A DNA stretch of 64,000 bases from Candidatus Gottesmanbacteria bacterium (GTDB lineage: Bacteria; Patescibacteriota; Microgenomatia; UBA10105), in contig JAHFKJ010000001.1 of the NCBI GenBank assembly GCA_023245415.1, positions 32,902 to 96,901 on the forward strand, written 5' to 3'. The notes beneath the pieces are model-generated. The model ran no database searches. It saw only the letters and a program-made list of their open reading frames with translations, and was not told the origin of the DNA. Within the stretch, counting starts at the first letter, position 1. Each line of letters begins with the position of its first letter. The translations under genes were made by a program, and so were the position numbers. This document shows positions 1-9,592 of this stretch, piece after piece.

Positions 1-672
1 CGGAGAAATAAATGGTTACTAGCAGGGATTTTGGGAATGCTTGCAAGCGCAACGAAAATAACCGGTATTTTACTATTACCTTCTTTAATTTGGGAATGGA
101 TAATAGCTAATAAATTACTGACTAGGCCGTTATTCAAAAATTACAAAATAAATTTTATTTTTAATATTTGTAAATCTCCGTTCTTATACTTGGTGCCACT
201 TGGACTATTGTTATATATGACTTACTTGTATATACAATTTAAAGATCCTTTATTATTTTGGCATGTTCAATCCGCTTTTGGTGCGTCAAGAAGTTCGAAT
301 TCTTTAATTTTTATACCACAGGTTATATGGAGGTATTTGAAAATTTTATCCCAGAATTCCTTCTATCACTATGATTATTGGGTAGCCTTAGTTGAATTCT
401 GCTCATTCATATTTGCTTTTCTAATACTTGTAGCTGGAATGAAATATAATATTAGAAAATCATACTTATTGTATAGCTGGTTACTTTTTTTAACACCTAT
501 TTTTACTGGAACATTCTCATCGCTTCCCAGATATATACTAATTATTTTTCCTATTTATATGATACTTGCAAAGATAAAAAATATATATATATGTAATTTT
601 ACCAAATTTATTTTTTTGGTACTTCTTATAATCTTAACTTCAAATTTCATCAGAGGGCTTTGGGTTGCATAA
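1..672 (+). CDS. 3' portion of a polytopic membrane protein, GT-C-like. The frame is open to the window start, so the gene is 5'-truncated. The listed 31..672 ORF begins at an internal TTG.
   Basis: No stop codon between nt 1 and 31 in this frame. Very hydrophobic, with several predicted TM segments. The segment 'LAGILGMLASATKITGILLLPSL' resembles the GxxxGLxxLTK-type segment of ArnT/PMT_2 glycosyltransferases. It lies immediately upstream of a DPM1-like GT2 gene. Confidence 0.35.
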   Translation, partial: RRNKWLLAGILGMLASATKITGILLLPSLIWEWIIANKLLTRPLFKNYKINFIFNICKSPFLYLVPLGLLLYMTYLYIQFKDPLLFWHVQSAFGASRSSNSLIFIPQVIWRYLKILSQNSFYHYDYWVALVEFCSFIFAFLILVAGMKYNIRKSYLLYSWLLFLTPIFTGTFSSLPRYILIIFPIYMILAKIKNIYICNFTKFIFLVLLIILTSNFIRGLWVA

Positions 673-708
673 TTATTGTTCATAGAAAGCGATGTTATAA
701 TATGAGAC

Positions 709-1392
709 GTGATAAAACTTTTAATTATATTACCTGCCTACAACGAAGAAAAAGTGATTGGGAAAGTACTTAAATCTTTGCCTAGAAAAATCAATCAAAT
801 CATTAAGGTTGATTTGCTTGTAGTTGACGATGGGTCTACAGATGACACACAAGAAATTTGTAGAAGCTGCAATGTGTTGGTAATTCATCATCTAATTAAT
901 AGAGGTTTGGGAGCCGCATTATGCACCGGGTTTACATATGCTGTCAATCATCATTATAATTATGTTGTAACTTTTGATGCCGATGGTCAACATAGTCCAT
1001 CAGATATTGGTCGATTGCTAAAACCTCTGCTTAGTAAAACTGCTGATGTTGTAATTGGTAGTAGAATGTTAAATCTTCAGTCAATGCCTCTGACTCGCAG
1101 ATTTGTGAATTTCTTCTCAAATTTAATTACCCTGCTTTTTTACAAGATCTGGACGACTGACTCTCAGTCAGGGTTGCGTGGATTTACTCTGTCAGCTTTA
1201 CAAAAAATTCGCGTTAGAACCCAACGTATGGAGGTTTCTTCTGAAATTTTTAAGGAAATATCCCGACACCATCTGATTTTTGCAGAAGTTCCAATTTCGT
1301 CATTATATACTAACTATTCATTGCAAAAAGGTCAAAGAATTACAAATGCACCGAATGTATTTTATAAGTTATTATTAAACAATTTTCGTTGA
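709..1392 (+). CDS. GT2 polyprenyl-phosphate sugar synthase (DPM1/GtrB/ArnC-like glycosyltransferase), GTG start
   Basis: N-terminus 'LIILPAYNEEKVIGKVLKSL...VVDDGSTDDT' with the DxD-type motif 'FDADGQH' and 'IGSRM'. This is the classic GT-A fold of dolichol/undecaprenyl-phosphate hexosyltransferases. Confidence 0.75.
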   Translation: MIKLLIILPAYNEEKVIGKVLKSLPRKINQIIKVDLLVVDDGSTDDTQEICRSCNVLVIHHLINRGLGAALCTGFTYAVNHHYNYVVTFDADGQHSPSDIGRLLKPLLSKTADVVIGSRMLNLQSMPLTRRFVNFFSNLITLLFYKIWTTDSQSGLRGFTLSALQKIRVRTQRMEVSSEIFKEISRHHLIFAEVPISSLYTNYSLQKGQRITNAPNVFYKLLLNNFR

Positions 1393-1398
1393 ATTAGA

Positions 1399-1761
1399 AT
1401 GATTATACAATTTGTATTGAGCTTTTTTCTTTTATTTGCTTTAAGTCGTGTCGTTTTGCAGGTGCGTTCAGCAAAAATTTCAATTGGAGCATTTTTATTT
1501 TGGTCGTCATTGTTCGTATTTGCATTGGTTGGCGTAGTTGATCCTAACGTAACCTCTTATTTCGCTAACTTTTTAGGTATCGGTCGCGGTTCAGACGTTG
1601 TGTTTTATATTTCTATTGCCCTGCTTTATTATCTTATATTTCGCTTTTCTATAGCTCTTGAAGACACCCGACGGGAAATAACAGAAATAGTTCGCAGAAT
1701 TGCTTTAAAAGATGATTTAGTTAAGAAAACATCAAGAATCAGATCTCATCGGAGAAAATAG
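1399..1761 (+). CDS. Small (120 aa) 3-4 TM membrane protein, DUF2304/GtrA-like, probable partner of the upstream GT2
   Basis: Hydrophobic, 120 aa, directly follows the GtrB-like GT2 and contains 'GIGRGSDVVFY'. Arrangement and size match the small membrane proteins that accompany polyprenyl-P-sugar GT2 enzymes. Confidence 0.4.
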   Translation: MIIQFVLSFFLLFALSRVVLQVRSAKISIGAFLFWSSLFVFALVGVVDPNVTSYFANFLGIGRGSDVVFYISIALLYYLIFRFSIALEDTRREITEIVRRIALKDDLVKKTSRIRSHRRK

Positions 1762-2909
1762 TGAAACTTCTTCTAATTACCGATTATTTTCCTTCATTAA
1801 CCTCTGTGGATATTCATGGAGGTGTCGAGAAAAGATCATATGAAATTGCCCGATATATTTCCAGAAATCACAACGTTACTGTAATTGCCTCTGGTGAGAA
1901 AGGTAAACCTAGATTTCAAAATTTGAGTGGTATTATTGTGAAAAGAGTAGGTTTATTAAGAGATTATACGCCTTTTGGCAGATATGTCGATTTGTTTAGC
2001 CGTACGGTTTTTCTAATCTTTGCTATATGTTCTGCATTATTTGAAGATTTTGATGTGGTTGAAGGAACAGGACATGTTGGTTGGTTTCCCGCATGGGTAT
2101 GTGCGAAAATTAAATCTAAAAAATCTGTTGCTTTTGTGGCTGATATAGCAGATAAATCTCTCGCTCCCTATATACACCCATTTTCACTTATATGTTTAGA
2201 GGTAGCTCAAAAGTTTATTCTCTCCAGAAGGTGGGATGTAATTATATGTATTAGTTACGCAGTCGCTCGAAAAGTTGATCCCTTAGTTTCTCCGAATGTG
2301 ATAATAAAAGTAATCTATTGTGGTACAAATTTGCATAAACTTCTCAAGCTTTCTGTAGTGAAAAAACGATTACACATCGTATGTGTAGCTAGATTGGTAA
2401 AATACAAAAGAGTTGATGTATTAATCAAAGCTGTCAAAAAAGTAAAAAAGATTTATAAAGGAATTTACCTTTCAATAATCGGCGTAGGCGAGGAACTTCC
2501 GTATCTAAAAAAACTCGCTGCACATCTTGATCTTAATAATAATATAAGTTTTAAGGGATTTGTTCCTGAACAAGTCGACGTGTGGAAAACTATAAAAAAA
2601 GCACAAATTTTCTGTTCACCGTCTGAAGTAGAAGGATTTGGAATTGTTACGGTTGAAGCTTTAGCATCAGGTGTGCCAGTTGTAATTGTAGATTTACCTA
2701 TAAATCATGAAATTACCCAAGAAAAAGGCGCGCTATTTTTTAAAGCCAGAAATGTGGATAGTTTGGCCATTCAGTTAACTCGTCTATTAAACAACAAACA
2801 ATTGTATAGGAAATTATCAAATCAGGCAAAAGCTATTGGCCAGAAATATAGCTGGGTAAATACAAATGTTCAGACGGAGAGATTATATGAAAATATGTAT
2901 GCTAATTGA
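1761..2909 (+). CDS. GT4-family (GT-B fold) glycosyltransferase
   Basis: C-terminal 'PSEVEGFGIVTVEALASGVPVV' E-x7-E-like motif. GTG start overlaps the upstream stop. Confidence 0.7.
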   Translation: MKLLLITDYFPSLTSVDIHGGVEKRSYEIARYISRNHNVTVIASGEKGKPRFQNLSGIIVKRVGLLRDYTPFGRYVDLFSRTVFLIFAICSALFEDFDVVEGTGHVGWFPAWVCAKIKSKKSVAFVADIADKSLAPYIHPFSLICLEVAQKFILSRRWDVIICISYAVARKVDPLVSPNVIIKVIYCGTNLHKLLKLSVVKKRLHIVCVARLVKYKRVDVLIKAVKKVKKIYKGIYLSIIGVGEELPYLKKLAAHLDLNNNISFKGFVPEQVDVWKTIKKAQIFCSPSEVEGFGIVTVEALASGVPVVIVDLPINHEITQEKGALFFKARNVDSLAIQLTRLLNNKQLYRKLSNQAKAIGQKYSWVNTNVQTERLYENMYAN

Positions 2910-4029
2910 CGTATGGAGGCCAATTTGGGGAGGGGGACAAACTCACGTTTGGGAATTGTCTAAAGAACTTATAAAGAATTATTCATGTGAGATCGATATA
3001 TTTACACGTGCATTAGTTGATAAGGACGGGAAGGTGTTTAATAAAACAGAATCTTACTTTAATAAGAAACTGACCATTTATCGTCTAAGTCCCGCCTCTG
3101 ATTTTTTTAATATTTCAATTCGGTTTTATTGGTTGATCGCAGTCGTTATTAAAGTTTTATCTGTATATCCAAATAAGAAATATAATTTACTTCATGCACA
3201 TGCATTTAGTGCGGGTATACCTGGGAAAATCCTAAGTTTCATACTAAAAATTCCACTAGTATTCACAGTTCATGGTAGCCATAATTTAGATCTTAATAAC
3301 AAAAATATTGTTTATTTTATTGAAAATTTTCTTCTAACGAAAATTCCTTACAGTCAGGAAATTACTGTAAGTTCAAAATTCTTAAAATATAAAAATGTAA
3401 ATAAAAACGTAAAAGTAATTCCAAACGGAGTCAATATATTGGATTTTAATAATTCGAAATCTCCTACTCTAAAGACAAATGGAAAACGTTTTTTTAAATT
3501 ATTATGGGTAGGCAGGTTTGACAAATTTAAGGGCTTAGAAATATTAACCCATGCATTTTATTTGGCACTACTTAACAAGTCGCAGATGGTTCTAACTTTA
3601 GTTGGAGATGGTCCTACTAAATCCAATATTAGGCATCTAGTGTCATGGTTAGGAATAAGATTAAGCGTCAAATTCATAAAAAAGCAACAGTTTAAAAAAC
3701 TCAGGAGTTATTATAATCAAACTGATATTTTTGTACTCCCCTCACTTGCTGAAGGCCAATCAATATCGTTATTAGAAGCTCTAGCTGCGGAAAAACCGGC
3801 CGTCGCGACAAATGTAGGAGAAAATTATCGCAGTGTAATAAATGGGTATAACGGGTATTTGATTAAGCCAAACGATGTCAATGAATTATGTACGGCTATA
3901 CAACAGGCAAATATGAATTCAAATTTAACAGCTTGGGGAAAAAGAAGTCAGAAAATCGTAGAAATAGATAATTCCTGGAAAGCAGTCTCATCAAAGACTT
4001 ATAAAACATATGAAAAACTAATTTTGTGA
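2887..4029 (+). CDS. GT4-family glycosyltransferase. Start chosen at MKICML; the ORF is open from 2866.
   Basis: 'LPSLAEGQSISLLEALAAEKPAVATNVGENYRSVINGYNGYLIKP' matches the GT4 C-terminal domain. Confidence 0.65.
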   Translation: MKICMLIDVWRPIWGGGQTHVWELSKELIKNYSCEIDIFTRALVDKDGKVFNKTESYFNKKLTIYRLSPASDFFNISIRFYWLIAVVIKVLSVYPNKKYNLLHAHAFSAGIPGKILSFILKIPLVFTVHGSHNLDLNNKNIVYFIENFLLTKIPYSQEITVSSKFLKYKNVNKNVKVIPNGVNILDFNNSKSPTLKTNGKRFFKLLWVGRFDKFKGLEILTHAFYLALLNKSQMVLTLVGDGPTKSNIRHLVSWLGIRLSVKFIKKQQFKKLRSYYNQTDIFVLPSLAEGQSISLLEALAAEKPAVATNVGENYRSVINGYNGYLIKPNDVNELCTAIQQANMNSNLTAWGKRSQKIVEIDNSWKAVSSKTYKTYEKLIL

Positions 4030-4829
4030 ATAAAACACCTGTGGTTAGTATTATTATGCCGGTATACAATGGAGGCTTTCACTTATTGGAAGCTATAAAT
4101 AGCATATTAAATCAAAGCTACTCAAATTTTGAGTTTATTATAATAAATGACGCGTCTACTGATGATTCGGGAAAGATTCTAAAAAAAATTGCCGACAATC
4201 GTGTAAAACTTTATAGTTTCACTAAACATCTTGGTGTGGCTAAATCATTAAATAAAGCTATATCCTTGGCTAAAGGAAAATTTATAGCCCGAATGGATGC
4301 GGATGACGTTGCCTACCCAGATCGTTTAATGTATCAACTAAACTTTATGAAAGTACACCCTAGAACTGTATTAGTGGGTAGTTGGGTAGAACTTATAAGT
4401 GACCAGGGTGTTTTTATAAGAAACAAATCCTATCCAATACTTTATGAACAGATTAAACGAATTATAATTAGTTACAATCCTTTTGTGCATCCGACTCTGT
4501 TAATGAAAAGTGACATATTTCAGACACTCGGTGGGTATGATGAAACCTTAAATGGTGCAGAGGATTATGATCTAGTATTAAGAATCTCTAAAAAATTCGA
4601 AGTACAAAATATCCCAAAAGTGCTGCTCAAATTTAGATTTAATATTAGTTCTGTTACATACAAAAATATTAAGCAGATTGAACTCCAATCATTTAAAGCC
4701 CGTCTTAAAGCTCTCAGTTTATATAAGTATTCCTTACTTCAAGGATTATTGTTGTTAAAGCCATTTATTTCGTTATGCGTGCCTGAGTTTATTAAGAAAA
4801 CTATTCTGCAAAAAAATAACTTTAAATGA
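4026..4829 (+). CDS. GT2 (GT-A) glycosyltransferase
   Basis: 'VSIIMPVYNGGFHLLEAINSILNQSYSNFEFIIINDASTDDS' and the DxD motif 'ARMDADDV'. GTGA overlap with the upstream gene. Confidence 0.75.
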   Translation: MNKTPVVSIIMPVYNGGFHLLEAINSILNQSYSNFEFIIINDASTDDSGKILKKIADNRVKLYSFTKHLGVAKSLNKAISLAKGKFIARMDADDVAYPDRLMYQLNFMKVHPRTVLVGSWVELISDQGVFIRNKSYPILYEQIKRIIISYNPFVHPTLLMKSDIFQTLGGYDETLNGAEDYDLVLRISKKFEVQNIPKVLLKFRFNISSVTYKNIKQIELQSFKARLKALSLYKYSLLQGLLLLKPFISLCVPEFIKKTILQKNNFK

Positions 4830-6058
4830 TCGTATTAATGTTGTGTGAATTCTTCTATCCCTTTGATAGGGGAGGAAGTGAGTGGAGTGTATTTTATTTA
4901 GCGAAAGGTTTAATCAATACAGGCCATAAAGTAACAATATGCACTCCAAATTACGGTTCAAAAAAAAACGACCTGTATAATTTAATTAGAATTTATCGTT
5001 TCCCGTTTTACATAAAATTAAAAAAAGTTTACTCTACTGTTACACCGCTTGTGTTTTCTACGCCAATTTGGTGGATATACTCCGGATTTTTTACAGTAAA
5101 AGCCATTTTAAAAATAAAACCGAATGTTATACATGTGCAAGGAAAATATTTTTTAGTCGCCGCGATTATTGCTAAACTTATATTCAAAGTGCCGATTGTA
5201 GTAACACTACGAGATTATATTCCATTGTGCCCCATAGGTTTCTGTTTAAGTAAATATCCTTACAAAAGCTGCAACTTAGGACATTTCATTTTTAATGAAA
5301 TACCAGATTATTTAAGAACCTACTCAAGTTCTGCAAATCCTATTTTCCTATCGGTGTTAATAGTGACTAACATATATGCAAAAATCTATTCGATGTTTTT
5401 AGTATTTCTATTGAAGAGGGTCAATAAAATTGTGGGTATAAGTTTTGCGCTGTCGTCAATATATCGAAAAAATTCAATAGATATCGATAACGTCATATAT
5501 AACTCGACAGATTTTTTCACTCCGGCTAAATCGATTCCTAAAAAATACTTGCTCTATCTGGGAAGATTAACGCCAGGAAAAGGAGTCGATTTGCTTATAA
5601 GATCATATCAGCTTGCATCTGATAGATATACGATACCAAAATTACTGATAGTTGGTGACGGTATTTTGAGAACAGAAATTAAGAAACAAAAAAACGTTAG
5701 TCTTCTCGGGCATGTTAAACATTCTTCGATTCGTAGTCTATTTAGGAAAGCATATTTAACAATAGTGCCTTCTGTTTGGCAAGAACCATTCGGTAGAGTT
5801 GCTTTGGAGTCTATAGCTCATAGAGTTCCTGTAGCGGGTACGCTAAGAGGAGGATTACCCGAAATTATAAATAATAATAAAACTGGAATACTGGTAAAGC
5901 CAGAAATATCCCAACTATCAAATGCAATTATTCAACTCTATATTCAAAGGAAGCGATTTTATTTTAATATTAAGCAGGACTACAAGAATTTAAGAAATAA
6001 GTTCGAAAAAAAACCGATTATGGAATATTCAAATATATATGAACATTTAGGTAATTAA
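4826..6058 (+). CDS. GT4-family glycosyltransferase
   Basis: 'GRLTPGKGVDLLIRSY' and 'QEPFGRVALESIAHRVPVAGTLRGGLPEII'. ATGA overlap with the upstream gene. Confidence 0.65.
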   Translation: MIVLMLCEFFYPFDRGGSEWSVFYLAKGLINTGHKVTICTPNYGSKKNDLYNLIRIYRFPFYIKLKKVYSTVTPLVFSTPIWWIYSGFFTVKAILKIKPNVIHVQGKYFLVAAIIAKLIFKVPIVVTLRDYIPLCPIGFCLSKYPYKSCNLGHFIFNEIPDYLRTYSSSANPIFLSVLIVTNIYAKIYSMFLVFLLKRVNKIVGISFALSSIYRKNSIDIDNVIYNSTDFFTPAKSIPKKYLLYLGRLTPGKGVDLLIRSYQLASDRYTIPKLLIVGDGILRTEIKKQKNVSLLGHVKHSSIRSLFRKAYLTIVPSVWQEPFGRVALESIAHRVPVAGTLRGGLPEIINNNKTGILVKPEISQLSNAIIQLYIQRKRFYFNIKQDYKNLRNKFEKKPIMEYSNIYEHLGN

Positions 6059-6061
6059 AAT

Positions 6062-7150
6062 ATGAATTTAGGCGTATTTCTAGCGATTGGAGAAAGTTGG
6101 GAAGATTTTAGATTTAAGGGGCAAGATAGATTATTGATTAATAACAATTATACTTACTATTCAAAATATTTTAATAAAGTGTTCGTTTTTTCATATGGAC
6201 AAAATAATTTAAATTTGCTCAAAAATGTTGATTTACTCGCGAATCCTTTAAGACTACATCGTTATTTATTCACATTTTTCATACCTTTACTTTATTCTTC
6301 CCAAATTAAGCAGTGTTCAGTATTACGCGGAATGCAGTTAACGAGTGCCTTGCCAGGACTTATCGCAAAATTTTTATATAAAAAGAAATTTGTCGTAAAT
6401 TACGGATATGACTATGTTAAAACTGCGTATATCGAGAGTAAGCCAATCCAGGCTGTTTGTTATAAAATAATCGAAAGGTTCTTATTGCGTTTTGTCGATA
6501 TTGTTATTGTAACAACCGAAAAATTAAATCATAAAGTTAAAACTTTAACCAAAAAACCCGTTGAGATTATTCCAAACAGCGTTAACACTCAATTATTCAA
6601 ACCCTTAGTACATCAAAAGAAAGATATAGATCTACTCTTTGTTGGTAGATTAGAGAAACAAAAAAACTTAGAATTCCTTTTAAAAACCATCAGTAAACTC
6701 AAGAATAAAGCTTCTTCAATTGTATTTGTGGGTGATGGAAGTTTAAAGCCGAAACTGTTGGAAATGGCTAAAAAATTGAAAATTAATCTAAGAATTACTG
6801 GTTTTGTGCCACATAATATTACAATTAATTATTATCAACGATCAAAAATTTTTGTATTACCTTCTTTAATTGAGGGTCATCCTAAGGTATTGTTAGAAGC
6901 GATGAGTTGCAGCTTAGCAGTTGTAGGGTCTGCACGAGAAGGGATTAAAGAGTTGATCACACATAATCATGACGGAATATTAGTCGATAACAACACAAGA
7001 GAGTATGTGAAAGTTATGAATAATCTAATAGAAAACGCAATTTTAAGAAATAAAATAGGAAAAATTGCGCGACAAACGATTTTACGTAAATTCGATCAAA
7101 AAAGACTATTTCTGCGGGAAATACAGTTATTAAAAAACTTAAATAAGTAA
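6062..7150 (+). CDS. GT4-family glycosyltransferase
   Basis: 'FVGRLEKQKNLEFLL' and 'VLPSLIEGHPKVLLEAMSCSLAVVGS'. Confidence 0.65.
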   Translation: MNLGVFLAIGESWEDFRFKGQDRLLINNNYTYYSKYFNKVFVFSYGQNNLNLLKNVDLLANPLRLHRYLFTFFIPLLYSSQIKQCSVLRGMQLTSALPGLIAKFLYKKKFVVNYGYDYVKTAYIESKPIQAVCYKIIERFLLRFVDIVIVTTEKLNHKVKTLTKKPVEIIPNSVNTQLFKPLVHQKKDIDLLFVGRLEKQKNLEFLLKTISKLKNKASSIVFVGDGSLKPKLLEMAKKLKINLRITGFVPHNITINYYQRSKIFVLPSLIEGHPKVLLEAMSCSLAVVGSAREGIKELITHNHDGILVDNNTREYVKVMNNLIENAILRNKIGKIARQTILRKFDQKRLFLREIQLLKNLNK

Positions 7151-7152
7151 TT

Positions 7153-8370
7153 ATGAATATTGTTTTTGTATGTTCTGAATATCCTATAGCTGGTAGACCA
7201 ACTGGGGGATTTGGTTCTTATGTTAACAATATTACAAATATAATAATTAAAGATAATAATCGAGTTACTGTTTTATGTAGAGGTCAAAGATCACAATCGT
7301 TTTTATCTCATGGGAAAAAAGTTATCGTTATAGATTCGAAATTGAATTTAATACGAAGTATGAGTGCATTTCTTCTGAAAGTTAACTTTTTGAATAAAAT
7401 ATTAAGTTTTGTTGAGTACCCACTCTATTATAGTTTCTTGGTATACAAAAAGATACGCATCATGCAACAATTCGAACAAATTGATTTAATTGAAGGCGGT
7501 GATTTTGGTGGTGAATTATTCTTTCATTTACTTTTGAAAAGTAGATCTACTGTTCGAAATATAATTAAACTTCATACTCCAAGCTATCTGATCCGACAGT
7601 TCAATGATGAACCAAATAACGTATTTTATAAAGTTATGAATTTTATTGAGAGTTATTGTTTGATTCACGTAGATTATCTTTATTCACCTTCAAAAGCTTT
7701 GGCGAAGCTGGTAAGTATCAAAAAAAAAGTTAAAACTGCAGCAATTATTCCTTATCCATTTGAAAAGGGGCTTAGTAATGTAAGCATAAAAAAAGTTAAA
7801 AAAAACAATAACCTTATTCTCTATGTCGGTAAAATTCAGAAAAAAAAGGGCGTATATGATATTATCGACGCTTTCTCTTTAGCTGTCGAATCTAATCCTT
7901 TAATTGAACTTATTTTAGTAGGACCCGACACGAAGATTAATGGTTTGTCTTCGCGTATGGAGTTGGAAGAGTGTATAACTAAGAAGGGTATAAAGAACCA
8001 TGTAAGTTTTATAGGAGAAGTTAATCAGATGATTTTATCAAGATACTATAGAAAAGCAATTGCAGTGCTAGTTCCATCGCACTGGGAGAATTTTCCGAAT
8101 GTAATACTGGAAGCTGTCAAGTATCATTGTTTAGTGATAGCTACAAAGGTAGGAGGAATTTCAGAAATGATTGAAGATGGTCAAAGTGGGTTACTGGTTG
8201 ATGTAGGTAACGTAAAGCAACTTGCCATGTCAGTTTTAAAGGCTGTTTCAAACAAAGAACTAAGAATAAATCTTACTAAGAACGCAAAGTCGATGTTTAT
8301 GAAAAGATATAGTCCTATTAATATAGGAAAACTGACTACTGATTTTTACGATAAATGTTTAGCAAACTGA
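7153..8370 (+). CDS. GT4-family glycosyltransferase
   Basis: 'YVGKIQKKKGVYDIIDAF' and 'VPSHWENFPNVILEAVKYHCLVIATKVGGISEMIEDGQSGLLV'. Confidence 0.65.
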   Translation: MNIVFVCSEYPIAGRPTGGFGSYVNNITNIIIKDNNRVTVLCRGQRSQSFLSHGKKVIVIDSKLNLIRSMSAFLLKVNFLNKILSFVEYPLYYSFLVYKKIRIMQQFEQIDLIEGGDFGGELFFHLLLKSRSTVRNIIKLHTPSYLIRQFNDEPNNVFYKVMNFIESYCLIHVDYLYSPSKALAKLVSIKKKVKTAAIIPYPFEKGLSNVSIKKVKKNNNLILYVGKIQKKKGVYDIIDAFSLAVESNPLIELILVGPDTKINGLSSRMELEECITKKGIKNHVSFIGEVNQMILSRYYRKAIAVLVPSHWENFPNVILEAVKYHCLVIATKVGGISEMIEDGQSGLLVDVGNVKQLAMSVLKAVSNKELRINLTKNAKSMFMKRYSPINIGKLTTDFYDKCLAN

Positions 8371-9592
8371 CTAGAGGTATTACTGGTTCAACAAACCGTT
8401 CAAGAAGTATAATAAAAATTAATCCTATAATTCCAAATCGCGGTATAACGAAAATAAAAAGAATTAATTTTCCAATATTAGGAACAAAGGACATGATTAA
8501 TTGTGGTTTTTTCAACTTTTGATAGATTACCATATCAGTATAGGCGAGCGTTAACGGAAAAGGAATAAGAGTTAAACTTAACCATTGCCCATAAATTATA
8601 GCTTGTGTATAGTTTTTATTAAAAAATGAATTTATTAAAAATGGTGTTGTAATCCATAGTGTTAAACAAAGCAGGCATCCGATAAGAAGCAGTTTTATAG
8701 AATGTTTGAATATAGTCTCCAAATGCTGAGTACTTGTTTGTTCTGCTAAACGTGCAGTAATTGGTTTGTAGAACACTCCAAAATTTTTTTGTACCGCAGT
8801 TAAAAATCTGCTCGCAACTGCCATAAGCGCAAGTTGTTCAACTCCAATCGCATTTCCGAGTAAAAAATTTCCTAAGTTTCCGCTAATCCAAGGAAGAATA
8901 CTTAAAAAGGTAATAAATTCGCCGTACTTCGGTAAATCGCGATCAATTCTACTTTTCTTATTTATATATCGCTTACTATAATTAAAACCAATTAGAGAAG
9001 GAATTATGAGGGCTAATAAATAGCCAACAGTTATGCCAACAGTATTAGATTGCCAGCGAAATGATGCCAATATTATTAGAAAATAAAAAATAGAAGAGAA
9101 ACCTGAAATTAATGCCAGGTCTAGAAATTTTTTTTTTGCAGTTAAAAAAGCTGGAAAATTGGAAAAAGCATTGAGAAAAGGAAAGAAACTGCTCGCAATT
9201 AATAAACTTAAAGCAATACTGTTTTGCCTGAAGGAAAAATAATAAAAAGAGAAACCTAATAAGATAGGTATACCTAAAAAAGAAAATTTAAATTTCTGAA
9301 TCATGCTTTGATTGAAAGATTTATCATAACCATGAGCTATTGATTGGATTAGAGCAAAATCTAGTCCGGGAAGACTCAAGAATGTAATCATGCCTAAAAT
9401 AGATAGAATCAAGTTATATTCGCCGAAGACTTTTTTCGTTACAAAGTGTCCAAAGAGGTAAGTTATCGAAAGGCCACAAGTAATTCCTACAATTTGTTGC
9501 AAAAAGGCAAAAATGCTACCTTTTAAGAAATACTTAATATCTAAATGCAAACGTTTAGTTAAACTGAAAATTATTTTTTTCGAGCGATTCAT
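8336..9592 (-). CDS. Wzx-like polysaccharide/oligosaccharide flippase (MOP superfamily), about 12 TM
   Basis: 418 aa, polytopic. N-terminus 'KRLHLDIKYFLKGSIFAFLQQIVGI' is typical of Wzx/polysaccharide-biosynthesis proteins. Convergent with the six-GT operon. Confidence 0.5.
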   Translation of the reverse strand: MNRSKKIIFSLTKRLHLDIKYFLKGSIFAFLQQIVGITCGLSITYLFGHFVTKKVFGEYNLILSILGMITFLSLPGLDFALIQSIAHGYDKSFNQSMIQKFKFSFLGIPILLGFSFYYFSFRQNSIALSLLIASSFFPFLNAFSNFPAFLTAKKKFLDLALISGFSSIFYFLIILASFRWQSNTVGITVGYLLALIIPSLIGFNYSKRYINKKSRIDRDLPKYGEFITFLSILPWISGNLGNFLLGNAIGVEQLALMAVASRFLTAVQKNFGVFYKPITARLAEQTSTQHLETIFKHSIKLLLIGCLLCLTLWITTPFLINSFFNKNYTQAIIYGQWLSLTLIPFPLTLAYTDMVIYQKLKKPQLIMSFVPNIGKLILFIFVIPRFGIIGLIFIILLERFVEPVIPLVSLLNIYRKNQ

